From Dimorphilus gyrociliatus (Eukaryota; Animalia; Annelida), in NCBI GenBank assembly GCA_904063045.1, contig CAJFCJ010000005.1:2328588-2392587 (forward strand): a stretch of 64,000 nt of DNA, written 5' to 3'. Below the pieces are notes generated by a model. That model worked only from the letters and a program-made list of their open reading frames with translations. It ran no database searches and was not told the DNA's origin. Shown here piece after piece: positions 62,333 through 64,000 of this stretch. Each line of letters begins with the position of its first letter. Within the stretch, counting starts at the first letter, position 1. A program made the position numbers and the translations under genes.

Positions 62333-62912
62333 CTGATTTGTTATATAAACATATAGATACAAATACAGCCGAAAAATTATTTTCAACACATTTTGTCAAT
62401 TTTATATTGTCTAGAAAATAAAGTAACAACTGCGCCATCTAACGATGAACCAGAAAAAAGTTTTGTCATTTTCATTAAAAATGAAAAAGCAAAGAAAAAT
62501 TGTTTTTTATTTTTTTTTTAAAAAAACAAAAGCAAACCAAAAAAACTTTCTCTTTCAATTGTCCTTTTATCCTTTAGAAAACAAAATATTCCTTTTCAAA
62601 AAACTTTCGAAAAGCTATAAAGATAAAAACAAACAATTAGAGGATAATGTACAAAAAAAAACAAACAACAACAACCAGTTTTAGACCAAATTTGTGTATT
62701 TTTAAGGATTATCTAGTCATGTTTATTACGTATGATTTGTTTTTACTAAAAAAAAAAAGAATGAAATAAAATAGAGGTTATAGGCTTAAAAAAAATCATT
62801 AAAAGTTATAAATAAGTATATATTGCATAGTTATATACATTGGATACAGTACATAAATAATAGATAGTCGGTATGTAAAAATCGTTATATTCCACTTTTG
62901 ATTAATCTAAAT

Positions 62913-63431
62913 TTATCTAAAGAATCCTCTAAGGTCGTTTAAAAGACTAGCAAAAAAGTTTACATGATAATGAAAACTTTCTAAACGATCTTGCCGATTT
63001 GAATGGCGTATATTATAATCGTCATTTTCATTGTAATCGTCCTCATCGTTATCACGACTTCCGTTAAATGATGAAGTATTTTGCCTTCCGTATTCATTAA
63101 GAGTAGAAACATTTTTAATGATAACGTTCTTTCGTTTTTTTCGCTGATAAGAGCGAGTACTATCAGAATTCTCCTTGGATATTTCTCTATTATTTAATAT
63201 ACGAAGTGAAATTGAATAAAACATTGAATTTTTTATCTTTTCAAAAGATTTAATTCCTTTTTTAGGCCATTCGAGTTCCCTTTGACAAAGTGGGCATAGG
63301 AAATAACTTCCAGCCTTTATATCTTTTAATCTAGCGTATTTTTGAAGACATTTATCACAAAATATATGCTTCGAATGACAGGGTAGACATCTTCCATTCC
63401 TGAAAGGATCTTTACAAATTGGGCATTCCAT
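62913..63431 (-). CDS. Cluster family member 14: RING-only protein, 172 aa
   Basis: CPIC..LPCHSKHIFCDKC..CPLC..WPKKGIKSF, then RKKRK and a low-complexity tail. No coil or C-terminal domain. Confidence 0.85.
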   Translation of the reverse strand: MECPICKDPFRNGRCLPCHSKHIFCDKCLQKYARLKDIKAGSYFLCPLCQRELEWPKKGIKSFEKIKNSMFYSISLRILNNREISKENSDSTRSYQRKKRKNVIIKNVSTLNEYGRQNTSSFNGSRDNDEDDYNENDDYNIRHSNRQDRLESFHYHVNFFASLLNDLRGFFR

Positions 63432-63812
63432 TCTTGAGTAAATTTTTAATCAATCAAAAATAATCTATCTTTGTTTTTTTTTTAAAAGACAAAAAGAATG
63501 TGTTGACAAGAATGCTAAGAGAGCAACTGCGAGACTAACACCTTCGAAAACAGTAAAACACGATATCTTGGATCGTAAACTGCTATGAATCATACGTTGT
63601 TTATATGGCAAGATGACAAAAATAGTATGAAAACAAATCTTAATCCTTTACTAACAAAGATTAATGATGTTAAATTCGCTATATTCTTTGCCAAAATCTT
63701 GATAAAATGTTATCGTCATCTCACCAATAGCATCTTAACTAACGGAATTCAATTAATCTCATTTTACTTAATAATTTTATTGAAGTAATAAATTATAGAA
63801 AAAAAAGACATA

Positions 63813-63883
63813 TGCATTGGCCGGGAGTTGAACCCGGGTCTAGTGCTTGGAAGGCACCAATGCTACCGCTACACCACCAATGC
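63813..63883 (-). tRNA. trnG-TCC: tRNA-Gly, anticodon TCC
   Basis: 71 nt cloverleaf GCATTGG..GGTGC-CTTCCAA-GCACT..CCGGG-TTCAACT-CCCGG-CCAATGCA with A and B boxes, and a T-run Pol III terminator just downstream (about 63800-63807). Confidence 0.95.
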
Positions 63884-64000
63884 TCGTGTACCAAAGGGGT
63901 TCTAAAATATTAACTTAATTGAAAAAGAAGGGTTAAGAAACGATAGAGAAAATTTGGTTAAGGTGAATAAATAGTATAATTACAGATTTCGGGGATTAAC

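Noticed and set aside
1-64000. CRISPR arrays, rRNA, transposases or reverse transcriptases, prokaryotic operons
   Set aside because: None seen. Spliceosomal introns and gene content show a eukaryotic locus, and the repeats are simple microsatellites without spacers.

Overview
AT-rich, gene-dense eukaryotic (animal) DNA with short GT-AG introns, mostly about 40-140 nt. It looks like a compact invertebrate genome; the miniature annelid Dimorphilus is a guess I cannot verify. No CRISPR array, rRNA or recognisable transposase was found. The left half (0-34 kb) carries conserved housekeeping genes: SAP30, a MATE/SLC47 transporter, GSS, COQ6, MOB3 and POC1. It also has two unusual structures. (1) A ~11.6 kb Sp17 (SPA17)-like locus on the minus strand, in which three alternative phase-1 5' coding modules can all splice onto one chain of calmodulin-binding IQ exons: an AKAP-docking RIIa D/D domain, an MGCxxS acylated acidic exon and an MGQALCPC acylated exon. 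Two PEP-19/neurogranin-like acidic-IQ exons lie at its 3' end. (2) A duplicated two-gene orphan cassette on either side of MOB3, consisting of a KCxxWIxSLP-motif gene and an HPFG single-pass membrane gene, each copy with a GTGACGTCAC palindrome. The right half (35.4-63.4 kb) is an array of 14 divergent paralogues of a TRIM-like but B-box-less family: RING with atypical C-x3-H spacing, coiled coil, and an unrecognised beta-rich C-terminal domain. Members occur as full-length, RING-less, coil-only and RING-only forms, interleaved with ZGPAT, an orphan type-I membrane protein and a truncated membrane-anchored pseudokinase. A tRNA-Gly(TCC) gene closes the window. All splice models were built by hand from GT/AG sites and frame, without RNA evidence.
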